NCBI GenBank assembly: GCA_964016885.1
Contig: OZ024744.1
Coordinates: 130,510,001-130,574,000 of the forward strand
Direction of reading: 5' to 3'
Length of the DNA stretch: 64,000 nt
Source: Eledone cirrhosa
Lineage: Eukaryota
In this document: positions 47,201 to 59,801 of the stretch, piece after piece
Layout of the letters: each line of letters begins with the position of its first letter
Numbering within the stretch: the stretch's first letter is position 1
The notes under the pieces: model-generated
Told to the model about the DNA's origin: nothing
What the model saw: only the letters and a program-made list of their open reading frames with translations
Databases searched by the model: none
Made by a program: the position numbers and the translations under genes

Positions 47201-50200
47201 GGGGTTAAGTTAAGTTGGGGTTAAGTTAAGTTGGGGTAAGTTAAGTTGGGGATAATTTAAGTTGGGGTTAAGTTAAGTTGGGTTTAAGTTAAGTTGGGGT
47301 TAAGTTAAGTTGGGGTTAAGTTAAGTTGGGGTTAAGTTAAGTTGGGGTTAAGTTAAGTTGGGGCTAACTTAAGTTGGGGCTGAGTTAAGTTGGGGTTAAG
47401 TTAAGTTGGGGTTAAGTTAAGTTGGGGTTAAGTTAAGTTGGGGTTAATTTAAGTTGAGGTTAAGTTAAGTTGGGGTTCAGTTAAGTAGGGGTTCAGTTAA
47501 GTTGGGGTTAAGTTAAGTTGGGGTTAAGATGGGGTTAAATTACGTTGGAGTTAAGTTAAGTTGGGGTTAAGTTAAGTTGGGGTTAAGTTAAGTTGGGGTT
47601 AAGTTAAGTCGGGGTTAATTTAAGTCGGGGTTAAGTTAAGTTAGGGTTCAGTTAAGTTGGGGTTAAGTTAAGTTGGGGTTGAGTTAAGTTGGGGTTGAGT
47701 TAAATTGGGGTTGAGTTAAGTTGGGGTTGAGTTAAGTTGGTGTTGAGTTAAGTTGGGGTTAAGTTAAATTGAGGTTAAGTTAAGTTGCAGTTAAGTTAAG
47801 TTGAGGTTAAGTTAAGGTGCGGTTAAGTTAAGTTGGGGTTAAGTTAAGTTGGGGTTAAGTTAAGTTGGGGTTAAGTTAAGTTGGGGTTAAGTTAAGTTGG
47901 GGTTAAGTTAATTTGTGGTTCAGTTAAGTTGTGGTTAAGTTAAGTTGGGGTTAAGTTAAGTTGGGGTTAAGTTAAGTCGGGGTTAAGTTAAGTTGGGGTT
48001 AAGTTAAGTTGGGGTTAATTTAAGTTGGGGATAATTTAAGTTGGGGTTAAGTTAAGTTGGGTTTAAGTTAAGTTGGGGTTAAGTTAAGTTGGGGATAAGT
48101 TAAGTTGGGGTTAAGTTAAGTTGGGGTTAAGTTAAGTTGGGGTTAAGTTAAGTTGGGGCTAAGTTAAGTTGGGGCTGAGTTAAGTTGGGGTTAAGTTAAG
48201 TTGGGGTTAAGTTAAGTTGGGGTTAATTTAAGTTGGGGTTTATTTAAGTTGGGGTTAAGTTAAGTTGGGGTTCAGTTAAGTTGGGGTTAAGTTAAGTTGG
48301 GGTTAAGATGGGGTTAAATTAAGTTGGGGTTAAGTTAAGTTGGGGTTAAGTTAAGTTGGGGTTAAGTTAAGTTGGGGTTAAGTTAAGTCGGGGTTAAATT
48401 AAGTCGGGGTTAAGTTAAGTTAGGGGTAAGTTAAGTTGGGGGCAAGTTAAGTTGGGGTTAATTTAAGTTGGGGTTAAATTAAGTTGGGGTTAAGTTAAGT
48501 TGCTGTTAAGTTAAGTTGGGGTTAATTTAAGTTGGGGTTAATTAAGTTGGGGTTAAGTTAAGTTGGGGTTAAGTTAAGTTGGGGTTAATTTAAGTTGGGG
48601 TTGAGTTAAGTTGGGGTTAAGTTAAGTTGGGGTTATATTAAGTTGGGGTTAAGTTAAGTTGGGGTTCAGTTAAGTTGGGGTTAAGTTAAGTTGGGGTTAA
48701 GTTAAGTTGAGGTTAACTTAAGTTGGGGTTAAGTTAAGTTGGTTAGTTAAGTTAAGTTGGGGCTAAGTTAATTTGGGGCTGAGTTAAGTTGGGGCTGAGT
48801 TAAGTTGGGGCTAAGTTAAGTTGGGGTTGAGTTAAGTTGGGGTTAAGTTGGGGTTAAGTTAAGTTAGGTTTAAGTTAAGTTGGGGTTAAGTTAAGTTGGG
48901 GTTAAGTTAAGTTGGGGTTAAGTTAAGTTGGGGTTAAGTTAAGTTGGGGTTAAGTTAAGTTGGGGTTAAGTTAATTTGTGGTTAAGTTAAGTTGTGGTTA
49001 AGTTAAGTTGGGGTTAAGTTAAGTTGGGGTTAAGTTAAGTCGGGGTTAAGTTAAGTTGGGGTTAAGTTAAGTTGGGGTTAATTTAAGTTGGGGTTAAGTT
49101 AAGTTGGGGTTAAGTTAAGTTGGGGTTAAGTTAAGTCGGGGTTAAGTTAAGTTGGGGTTAAGTTAAGTTGGGGTTAAGTTAAGTTGGTTAGTTAAGTTGA
49201 GTTTAAGTTAAGTTGGGGTTAATTTAAGTTGGGGTTAAGTTAAGCTGGGGTTAAGTTAAGTTGGGGTTAAGTTAAGTTGGGGTTAATTTAAGTTGGGGTT
49301 AAGTTAAGTTGCGGGTAATTTAAGTTGGGGTTAAGTTAAGTTGGGGTTAAGTTAAGTTGGGGTTAAGTTAAGTTGGGGTTAAGTTAATTTGGGGTTAAGT
49401 TAAGTTGGGGCTAATTTAAGTTGGGGCTGAGTTAAGTTGGGGTTAAGTTAAGCTGGGGTTAAGTTAAGTTGGGGTTAAGTTAAGTTGGGGTTAAGTTAAG
49501 TTGGGGTTTATTTAAGTTGGGGTTAAGTTAAGTTGGGGTTCAGTTAAGTTGGGGTTCAGTTAAGTTGGGGTTAAGTTAAGTTGGGGTTAAGATGGGGTTA
49601 AATTACGTTGGAGTTAAGTTAAGTTGGGGTTAAGTTAAGTTGGGGTTAAGTTAAGTTGGGGTTAAGTTAAGTCGGGGTTAATTTAAGTCGGGGTTAAGTT
49701 AAGTTAGGGTTCAGTTAAGTTGGGGTTAAGTTAAGTTGGGGTTGAGTTAAGTTGGGGTTGAGTTAAATTGGGGTTGAGTTAAGTTGGGGTTGAGTTAAGT
49801 TGGTGTTGAGTTAAGTTGGGGTTAAGTTAAATTGGGGTTAAGTTAAGTTGCAGTTAAGTTAAGTTGAGGTTAAGTTAAGGTGCGGGTAAGTTAAGTTGGG
49901 CTTAAGTTAAGTTGGGGCTAAGTTAAGTTGGGGCTCAGTTAAGTTGGGGCTAAGTTAAGTTGGGGTTAAGTTAAGTTGGGGTTAAGTTAAGTCGGGGTTA
50001 AGTTAAGTTGGGGTTAAGTTAAGTTGGGGTTAATTTAAGTTGGGGTTAAGTTAAGTTGGGGTTAAGTTAAGTTGGGGTTAAGTTAAGTTGGGTTTAAGTT
50101 AAGTTGGGGTTAAGTTAAGTTGGGGTTGAGTTAAGTTGGGGCTGAGTTAATTTGGGGTTAAGTTAAGTTGGGGTTAAGTTAAGTTGGGTTTAAGTTAAGT

Positions 50201-53200
50201 TGGGGTTAAATTAAGTTGGGGTTAAATTAAGTTGGGGTTAAGTTAAGTTGGGGGTAAGTTAAGTTGGGGGCAAGTTAAGTTGGGGTTAATTTAAGTTGGG
50301 GTTAAATTAAGTTGGGGTTACGTTAAGTTGGTGTTAAGTTAAGTTGGGGTTAATTTAAGTTGGGGTTAATTAAGTTGGGGTTAAGTTAAGTTGGGGTTAA
50401 GTTAAGTTGGGGTTAATTTAAGTTGGGGTTGAGTTAAGTTGGGGTTAAGTTAAGTTGGGGTTATATTAAGTTGGGGTTAAGTTAAGTTGGGGTTCAGTTA
50501 AGTTGGGGTTAAGTTAAGTTGGGGTTAAGTTAAGTTGAGGTTAAGTTAAGTTGGGGATAAGTTAAGTTGGTGTTAAGTTAAGTTGGGGCTAAGTTAAGTT
50601 GGGGTTGAGTTAAGTTGGGGTTAAGTTGGGGTTAAGTTAAGTTACGTTTAAGTTAAGTTGGGGTTAAGTTAAGTTGGGGTTAAGTTAAGTTGTGGTTAAG
50701 TTAAGTTGGGGTTAAGTTAAGTTGGGGTTAAGTTAAGTCGGGGTTAAGTTAAGTTGGGGTTAATTTAAGTTGGGGTTAATTTAAGTTGGGGTTAAGTTAA
50801 GTTGGGGTTAAGTTAAGTTGGGGTTAAGTTAATTGGGGTTAAGTTGGGGTTAAGTTAAGTTGAGGTTAAGTTAAGTTGGGGTTAAATTAAGTTTGGGTTA
50901 AGTTAAGTTGGGGTTAAGTTAAGTTGGGGTTAAGTTAAGTTGGGGATAAGTTAAGTTGGGGATAATTTAAGTTGGGGTTAAGTTAAGTTGGGTTTAAGTT
51001 AAGTTGGGGTTAAGTTAAGTTGGGGTTAAGTTAAGTTGGGGTTAAGTTAAGTTGGGGTTAATTTAAGTTGGGGTTAAGTTAAGTTGCGGGTAATTTAAGT
51101 TGGGGTTAAGTTAAGTTGGGGTTAAGTTAAGTTGGGGTTAAGTTAAGTTGGGGTTAAGTTAAGTTGGGGTTAAGTTAAGTTGGGGCTAATTTAAATTGGG
51201 GCTGAGTTAAGTTGGGGTTAAGTTAAGTTGGGGTTAAGTTAAGTTGGGGTTAAGTTAAGTTGGGGTTAAGTTAAGTTGGGGTTTATTTAAGTTGGGGTTA
51301 AGTTAAGTTGGGGTTCAGTTAAGTTGGGGTTCAGTTAAGTTGGGGTTAAGTTAAGTTGGGGTTAAGATGGGGTTAAATTACGTTGGAGTTAAGTTAAGTT
51401 GGGGTTAAGTTAAGTTGGGGTTAAGTTGGGGTTAAGTTAAGTTAGGTTTAAGTTAAGTTGGGGTTAAGTTAAGTTGGGGTTAAGTTAAGTTGTGGTTAAG
51501 TTAAGTTGGGGTTAAGTTAAGTTGGGGTTAAGTTAAGTCGGGGTTAAGTTAAGTTGGGGTTAAGTTAAGTTGGGGTTAATTTAAGTTGGGGTTAAGTTAA
51601 GTTGGGGTTAAGTTAAGTTGGGGTTAAGTTAATTGGGGTTAAGTTAAGTTGGGGTTAAGTTAAGTTGAGGTTAAGTTAAGTTGGGGTTGAATTAAGTTTG
51701 GGTTAAGTTAAGTTGGGGTTAAGTTAAGTTGGGGTTAAGTTAAGTTGGGGTAAGTTAAGTTGGGGATAATTTAAGTTGGGGTTAAGTTAAGTTGGGTTTA
51801 AGTTAAGTTGGGGTTAAGTTAAGTTGGGGTTAAGTTAAGTTGGGGTTAAGTTAAGTTGGGGTTAAGTTAAGTTGGGGCTAAGTTAAGTTGGGGCTGAGTT
51901 AAGTTGGGGTTAAGTTAAGTTGGGGTTAAGTTAAGTTGGGGTTAAGTTAAGTTGGGGTTAATTTAAGTTGGGGTTAAGTTAAGTTGGGGTTCAGTTAAGT
52001 TGGGGTTCAGTTAAGTTGGGGTTAAGTTAAGTTGGGGTTAAGATGGGGTTAAATTACGTTGGAGTTAAGTTAAGTTGGGGTTAAGTTAAGTTGGGGTTAA
52101 GTTAAGTTGGGGTTAAGTTAAGTCGGGGTTAATTTAAGTCGGGGTTAAGTTAAGTTAGGGTTCAGTTAAGTTGGGGTTAAGTTAAGTTGGGGTTGAGTTA
52201 AGTTGGGGTTGAGTTAAATTGGGGTTGAGTTAAGTTGGGGTTGAGTTAAGTTGGTGTTGAGTTAAGTTGGGGTTAAGTTAAATTGAGGTTAAGTTAAGTT
52301 GCAGTTAAGTTAAGTTGAGGTTAAGTTAAGGTGCGGTTAAGTTAAGTTGGGGTTAAGTTAAGTTGGGGTTAAGTTAAGTTGGGGTTAAGTTGGGGTTAAG
52401 TTAAGTTAGGTTTAAGTTAAGTTGGGTTTAAGTTAAGTTGGGGTTAAGTTAAGTTGGGGTTAAGTTAAGTTGGGGTTAAGTTAAGTTGGGGTTAAGTTAA
52501 GTTGGGGTTAAGTTAAGTTGGGGTTAAGTTAAGTTGGGGTTAAGTTAAGTCGGGGTTAAGTTAAGTTGGGGTTAAGTTAAGTTGGGGTTAAGTTAAGTTG
52601 GGGTTAAGTTAAGTTGGGGTTAAGTTAAGTCGGGGTTAAGTTAAGTTGGGGTTAAGTTAAGTTGGGGTTAATTTAAGTTGGGGTTAAGTTAAGTTGGGGT
52701 TAAGTTAAGTTGGGGTTAAGTTAAGTTGGGGTTGAGTTAAGTTGGGGCTGAGTTAATTTGGGTTTAAGTTAAGTTGGGGTTAAGTTAAGTTGGGTTTAAG
52801 TTAAGTTGGGGTTAAATTAAGTTGGGGTTAAATTAAGTTGGGGTTAAGTTAAGTTGGGGGTAAGTTAAGTTGGGGGCAAGTTAAGTTGGGGTTAATTTAA
52901 GTTGGGGTTAAATTAAGTTGGGGTTACGTTAAGTTGGTGTTAAGTTAAGTTGGGGTTAATTTAAGTTGGGGTTAATTAAGTTGGGGTTAAGTTAAGTTGG
53001 GGTTAAGTTAAGTTGGGGTTAATTTAAGTTGGGGTTGAGTTAAGTTGGGGTTAAGTTAAGTTGGGGTTATATTAAGTTGGGGTTAAGTTAAGTTGGGGTT
53101 CAGTTAAGTTGGGGTTAAGTTAAGTTGGGGTTAAGTTAAGTTGAGGTTAAGTTAAGTTGGGGTTAAGTTAAGTTGGTGTTAAGTTAATTGGGGCTAAGTT

Positions 53201-56200
53201 AAGTTGGGGCTGAGTTAAGTTGGGGCTGAGTTAAGTTGGGGCTAAGTTAAGTTGGGGTTGAGTTAAGTTGGGGTTAAGTTGGGGTTAAGTTAAGTTAGGT
53301 TTAAGTTAAGTTGGGGTTAAGTTAAGTTGGGGTTAAGTTAAGTTGGGGTTAAGTTAAGTTGGGGTTAAGTTAAGTTGGGGTTAAGTTAAGTTGGGGTTAA
53401 GTTAAGTTGGGGTTAAGTTAATTTATGGTTAAGTTAAGTTGTGGTTAAGTTAAGTTGGTTAGTTAAGTTGAGTTTAAGTTAAGTTGGGGTTAAGTTAAGT
53501 TGGGGTTAAGTTAAGTTGGGGTTAAGTTAAGTCGGGGTTAAGTTAAGTTATGGTTCAGTTAAGTTGGGGTTAAGTTAAGTTGGGGTTGAGTTAAGTTGGG
53601 GTTGAGTTAAATTGGGGTTGAGTTAAGTTGGGGTTGAGTTAAGTTGGTGTTGAGTTAAGTTGGGGTTAAGTTAAGTTGGGGTTAAATTAAGTTGGGGTTA
53701 AATTAAGTTGGGGTTAAGTTAAGTTGGGGGTAAGTTAAGTTGGGGGCAAGTTAAGTTGGGGTTAATTTAAGTTGGGGTTAAATTAAGTTGGGGTTACGTT
53801 AAGTTGGTGTTAAGTTAAGTTGGGGTTAATTTAAGTTGGGGTTAATTAATGTTGGGGTTAAGTTAAGTTGGGGTTAAGTTAAGTTGGGGTTAAGTTAAGT
53901 TGAGGTTAAGTTAAGTTGGGGTTAAGTTAAGTTGGTGTTAAGTTAAGTTGGGGCTGAGTTAAGTTGGGGCTGAGTTAAGTTGGGGCTAAGTTAAGTTGGG
54001 GTTGAGTTAAGTTGGGGTTAAGTTGGGGTTAAGTTAAGTTAGGTTTAAGTTAAGTTGGGTTTAAGTTAAGTTGGGGTTAAGTTAAGTTGGGGTTAAGTTA
54101 AGTTGGGGTTAAGTTAAGTTGGGGTTAAGTTAAGTTGGGGTTAAGTTAAGTTGGGGTTAAGTTAAGTCGGGGTTAAGTTAAGTTGGGGTTAAGTTAAGTT
54201 GGGGTTAAGTTAAGTTGGTTAGTTAAGTTGAGTTTAAGTTAAGTTGGGGTTAAGTTAAGTTGGGGTTAAGTTAAGTTGGGGTTAAGTTAAGTCGGGGTTA
54301 AGTTAAGTTATGGTTCAGTTAAGTTGGGGTTAAGTTAAGTTGGGGTTGAGTTAAGTTGGGGTTGAGTTAAATTGGGGTTGAGTTAAGTTGGGGTTGAGTT
54401 AAGTTGGTGTTGAGTTAAGTTGGGGTTAAGTTAAGTTGGGGTTAAATTAAGTTGGGGTTAAATTAAGTTGGGGTTAAGTTAAGTTGGGGGTAAGTTAAGT
54501 TGGGGGCAAGTTAAGTTGGGTTTAATTTAAGTTGGGGTTAAATTAAGTTGGGGTTACGTTAAGTTGGTGTTAAGTTAAGTTGGGGTTAATTTAAGTTGGG
54601 GTTAATTAATGTTGGGGTTAAGTTAAGTTGGGGTTAAGTTAAGTTGGGGTTAAGTTAAGTTGAGGTTAAGTTAAGTTGGGGTTAAGTTAAGTTGGTGTTA
54701 AGTTAAGTTGGGGCTGAGTTAAGTTGGGGCTGAGTTAAGTTGGGGCTAAGTTAAGTTGGGGTTGAGTTAAGTTGGGGTTAAGTTGGGGTTAAGTTAAGTT
54801 AGGTTTAAGTTAAGTTGGGTTTAAGTTAAGTTGGGGTTAAGTTAAGTTGGGGTTAAGTTAAGTTGGGGTTAAGTTAAGTTGGGGTTAAGTTAAGTTGGGG
54901 TTAAGTTAAGTTGGGGTTAAGTTAAGTCGGGGTTAAGTTAAGTTGGGGTTAAGTTAAGTTGGGGTTAAGTTAAGTTGGGGTTAAGTTAAGTTGGGGTTAA
55001 GTTAAGTCGGGGTTAAGTTAAGTTGGGGTTAAGTTAAGTTGGGTTTAATTTAAGTTGGGGTTAAGTTAAGTTGGGGTTAAGTTAAGTTGGGGTTAAGTTA
55101 AGTTGGGGTTAAGTTAAGTTGGGGATAATTTAAGTTGGGGTTAAGTTAAGTTTGAGTTTAAGTTAAGTTGGGGTTAAGTTAAGTTGGGGTTAAGTTAAGT
55201 TGGGGTTAAGTTAAGTTGGTTAGTTAAGTTGAGTTTAAGTTAAGTTGGGGTTAATTTAAGTTGGGGTTAAGTTAAGCTGGGGTTAAGTTAAGTTGGGTTT
55301 AATTTAAGTTGGGGTTAATTTAAGTTGGGGTTAATTAAGTTGGGGTTAAGTTAAGTTGGGGTTAAGTTAAGTTGGGGCTAAGTTAAGTTGGGGCTGAGTT
55401 AAGTTGGGGCTGAGTTAAGTTGGGGTTAAGTTAAGTTGGGGTTGAGTTAAGTTGGGGTTAAGTTAAGTTGGGGTCAAGTTAAGTTGGGGTTAAGTTGGGG
55501 TTAAGTTAAGTTGGGGTTAAGTTAAGTTGGGGCTAAGTTAAGTTGGGGCTGAGTTAAGTTGGGGCTGAGTTAAGTTGGGGTTAAGTTAAGTTGGGGTTGA
55601 GTTAAGTTGGGGTTAAGTTAAGTTGGGGTCAAGTTAAGTTGGGGTTAAGTTGGGGTTAAGTTAAGTTAGGTTTAAGTTAAGTTGGGGTTAAGTTAAGTTG
55701 GGGTTAAGTTAAGTTGGGGTTAAGTTAAGTTGGGGTTAAGTTAAGTTGGGGTTAAGTTAATTTGTGGTTTAGTTAAGTTGGGTTTAAGTTAAGTTGGGGT
55801 TAAGTTAAGTTGGGGTTAAGTTAAGTCGGGGTTAAGTTAAGTTGGGGTTAAGTTAAGTTGGGGTTAAGTTAAGTTGGGGTTAAGTTAAGTTGGGGTTAAG
55901 TTAAGTTGGGGTTAAGTTAAGTTGAGGTTAAGTTAAGTTGGGGTTAAATTAAGTTGGGGTTAAGTTAAGTTGCGGTTAAGTTAAGTTGGGGTTAAGTTAA
56001 GTTGGGGATAAGTTAAGTTGGGGATAATTTAAGTTGGGGTTAAGTTAAGTTGGGTTTAAGTTAAGTTGGGTTTAAGTTAAGTTGGGGTTAAGTTAAGTTG
56101 GGGTTAAGTTAAGTTGGGGCTAAGTTAAGTTGGGGCTGAGTTAAGTTGGGGTTAAGTTAAGTTGGGGTTAAGTTAAGTTGGGGTTAATTTAAGTTGGGGT

Positions 56201-56822
56201 TTATTTAAGTTGGGGTTAAGTTAAGTTGGGGTTCAGTTAAGTTGGGGTTAAGTTAAGTTGGGGTTAAGATGGGGTTAAATTAAGTTGGGGTTAAGTTAAG
56301 TTGGGGTTAAGTTAAGTTGGGGTTAAGTTAAGTCGGGGTTAAGTTAAGTCGGGGTTAAGTTAAGTTAGGGTTCAGTTAAGTTGGGGTTAAGTTAAGTTGG
56401 GGTTGAGTTAAGTTGGGGTTGAGTTAAATTGGGGTTGAGTTAAGTTGGGGTTGAGTTAAGTTGGTGTTGAGTTAAGTTGGGGTTAAGTTAAGTTGGGGTT
56501 AAATTAAGTTGGGGTTAAATTAAGTTGGGGTTAAGTTAAGTTGGGGGTAAGTTAAGTTGGGGGCAAGTTAAGTTGGGGTTAATTTAAGTTGGGGTTAAAT
56601 TAAGTTGGGGTTACGTTAAGTTGGTGTTAAGTTAAGTTGGGGTTAATTTAAGTTGGGGTTAATTAAGTTGGGGTTAAGTTAAGTTGGGGTTAAGTTAAGT
56701 TGGGGTTAATTTAAGTTGGGGTTGAGTTAAGTTGGGGTTAAGTTAAGTTGGGGTTATATTAAGTTGGGGTTAAGTTAAGTTGGGGTTCAGTTAAGTTGGG
56801 GTTAAGTTAAGTTGGGGTTAAG
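37239..56822 (+). repeat. Near-perfect tandem duplication of a 9,767-bp unit (~37239-47005 and ~47006-56772)
   Basis: Private markers AAGTAGGGG (37720/47487) and GTGGTTTAG (46004/55771) are both at offset 9767, and the variants between them are collinear. Confidence 0.92.
43690..45209 (+). repeat. 760-bp tandem duplication nested in the 9.77-kb unit (also present at ~53457-54976)
   Basis: GTTAGTTAAG at 43691/44451, TTATGGTTCA at 43781/44541 and AATGTTGGGG at 44081/44841, all at offset 760. Confidence 0.88.
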
Positions 56823-57073
56823 TTAAGTTGAGGTTAAGTTAAGTTGGGGTTAAGTTAAGTTGGTGTTAAGTTAAGTTGGGGCTAAGTTAAGTTGGGGCTG
56901 AGTTAAGTTGGGGCTGAGTTAAGTTGGGGCTAAGTTAAGTTGGGGTTGAGTTAAGTTGGGGTTAAGTTGGGGTTAAGTTAAGTTAGGTTTAAGTTAAGTT
57001 GGGGTTAAGTTAAGTTGGGGTTAAGTTAAGTTGGGGTTAAGTTAAGTTGGGGTTAAGTTAAGTTGGGGTTAAG

Positions 57074-59801
57074 ATAAGTCGGGGTTAAGTTAAGTTGTGG
57101 TTGAGTTAAGTTGGGGTTAATTTAAGTTGGGGCTAAGTTAATTTGTGGTTAAGTTAAGTTGGGGTTAAGTTAAGTTGGGGTTAAGTTAAGTTGGGGTTGA
57201 GTTAAGTTGGGGTTGAGTTAATTTGGGGTTAAGTTAAGTTGGGGTTAAGTTAAGTTGGGTTTAAGTTAAGTTGGGGTTAAATTAAGTTGGGGTTAAATTA
57301 AGTTGGGGTTAAGTTAAGTTGGGGGTAAGTTAAGTTGGGGGCAAGTTAAGTTGGGGTGAATGTAAGTTGGGGTTAAATTAAGTTGGGGTTACGTTAAGTT
57401 GGTGTTAAGTTAAGTTGGGGTTAATTTAAGTTGGGGTTAATTAAGTTGGGGTTAAGTTAAGTTGGGGTTAAGTTAAGTTGGGGTTAATTTAAGTTGGGGT
57501 TGAGTTAAGTTGGGGTTAAGTTAAGTTGGGGTTATATTAAGTTGGGGTTAAGTTAAGTTGGGGTTCAGTTAAGTTGGGGTTAAGTTAAGTTGGGGTTAAG
57601 TTAAGTTGGGGCTAAGTTAAGTTGGGGCTGAGTTAAGTTGGGGCTGAGTTAAGTTGGAGCTAAGTTAAGTTGGGGTTGAGTTAAGTTGGGGTTAAGTTGG
57701 GGTTAAGTTAAGTTAGGTTTAAGTTAAGTTGGGGTTAAGTTAAGTTGGGGTTAAGTTAAGTTGGGGTTAAGTTAAGTTGGGGTTAAGTTAAGTTGGGGTT
57801 AAGTTAATTTGTGGTTAAGTTAAGTTGTGGTTAAGTTAAGTTGGGGTTAAGTTAAGTTGGGGTTAAGTTAAGTCGGGGTTAAGTTAAGTTGGGGTTAAGT
57901 TAAGTTGGGGTTAATTTAAGTTGGGGTTAAGTTAAGTTGGGGTTATGTTAAGTTGGGTTTAAGTTAAGTTGGGGTTAAGTTAAGTTGAGGTTAAGTTAAG
58001 TTGGGGTTAAATTAAGTTGGGGTTAAGTTAAGTTGGGGTAAAGTTAAGTTGGGGTTAAGTTAAGTTGGGGATAAGTTAAGTTGGGGATAATTTAAGTTGG
58101 GGTTAAGTTAAGTTGGGTTTAAGTTAAGTTGGGGTTAAGTTAAGTTGGGGTTAAGTTAAGTTGGCTTAAGTTAAGTTGGGGTTAAGTTAAGTTGGGGCTA
58201 AGTTAAGTTGGGGCTGAGTTAAGTTGGGGTTAAGTTAAATTGGGGTTAAGTTAAGTTGGGGTTAAGTTAAGTTGGGGTTAAGTTAAGTTGGGGTTTATTT
58301 AAGTTGGGGTTAAGTTAAGTTGGGGTTCAGTTAAGTTGGGGTTCAGTTAAGTTGGGGTTAAGTTAAGTTGGGGTTAAGATGGGGTTAAATTAAGTTGGGG
58401 TTAAGTTAAGTTGGGGTTAAGTTAAGTTGGGGTTAAGATAAGTCGGGGTTAAGTTAAGTTGTGGTTGAGTTAAGTTGGGGTTAATTTAAGTTGGGGCTAA
58501 GTTAATTTGTGGTTAAGTTAAGTTGGGGTTAAGTTAAGTTGGGGTTAAGTTAAGTTGGGGTTGAGTTAAGTTGGGGTTGAGTTAATTTGGGGTTAAGTTA
58601 AGTTGGGGTTAAGTTAAGTTGGGTTTAAGTTAAGTTGGGGTTAAATTAAGTTGGGGTTAAATTAAGTTGGGGTTAATTTAAGTTGGGGGTAAGTTAAGTT
58701 GGGGGCAAGTTAAGTTGGGGTGAATGTAAGTTGGGGTTAAATTAAGTTGGGGTTACGTTAAGTTGGTGTTAAGTTAAGTTGGGGTTAATTTAAGTTGGGG
58801 TTAATTAAGTTGGGGTTAAGTTAAGTTGGGGTTAAGTTAAGTTCGGGTTAATTTAAGTTGGGGTTGAGTTAAGTTGGGGTTAAGTTAAGTTGGGGTTATA
58901 TTAAGTTGGGGTTAAGTTAAGTTGGGGTTCAGTTAAGTTGGGGTTAAGTTAAGTTGGGGTTAAGTTAAGTTGGGGCTAAGTTAAGTTGGGGCTGAGTTAA
59001 GTTGGGGCTGAGTTAAGTTGGAGCTAAGTTAAGTTGGGGTTGAGTTAAGTTGGGGTTAAGTTGGGGTTAAGTTAAGTTAGGTTTAAGTTAAGTTGGGGTT
59101 AAGTTAAGTTGGGGTTAAGTTAAGTTGGGGTTAAGTTAAGTTGGGGTTAAGTTAAGTTGGGGTTAAGTTAATTTGTGGTTAAGTTAAGTTGTGGTTAAGT
59201 TAAGTTGGGGTTAAGTTAAGTTGGGGTTAAGTTAAGTCGGGGTTAAGTTAAGTTGGGGTTAAGTTAAGTTGGGGTTAATTTAAGTTGGGTTTAAGTTAAG
59301 TTGGGGTTATGTTAAGTTGGGTTTAAGTTAAGTTGGGGTTAATTTAAGTTGAGGTTAAGTTAAGTTGGGGTTAAATTAAGTTGGGGTTAAGTTAAGTTGG
59401 GGTAAAGTTAAGTTGGGGTTAAGTTAAGTTGGGGATAAGTTAAGTTGGGGATAATTTAAGTTGGGGTTAAGTTAAGTTGGGTTTAAGTTAAGTTGGGGTT
59501 AAGTTAAGTTGGGGTTAAGTTAAGTTGGCTTAAGTTAAGTTGGGGTTAAGTTAAGTTGGGGCTAAGTTAAGTTGGGGCTGAGTTAAGTTGGGGTTAAGTT
59601 AAATTGGGGTTAAGTTAAGTTGGGGTTAAGTTAAGTTGGGGTTAAGTTAAGTTGGGGTTTATTTAAGTTGGGGTTAAGTTAAGTTGGGGTTCAGTTAAGT
59701 TGGGGTTCAGTTAAGTTGGGGTTAAGTTAAGTTGGGGTTAAGATGGGGTTAAATTAAGTTGGGGTTAAGTTAAGTTGGGGTTAAGTTAAGTTGGGGTTAA
59801 G
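57074..59801 (+). repeat. Two tandem copies of the 1,364-bp unit
   Basis: AAGATAAGTCGGGG at 57074/58438, TGAATGTAAG at 57357/58721 and GGAGC at 57660/59024, all at offset 1364. Confidence 0.9.
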
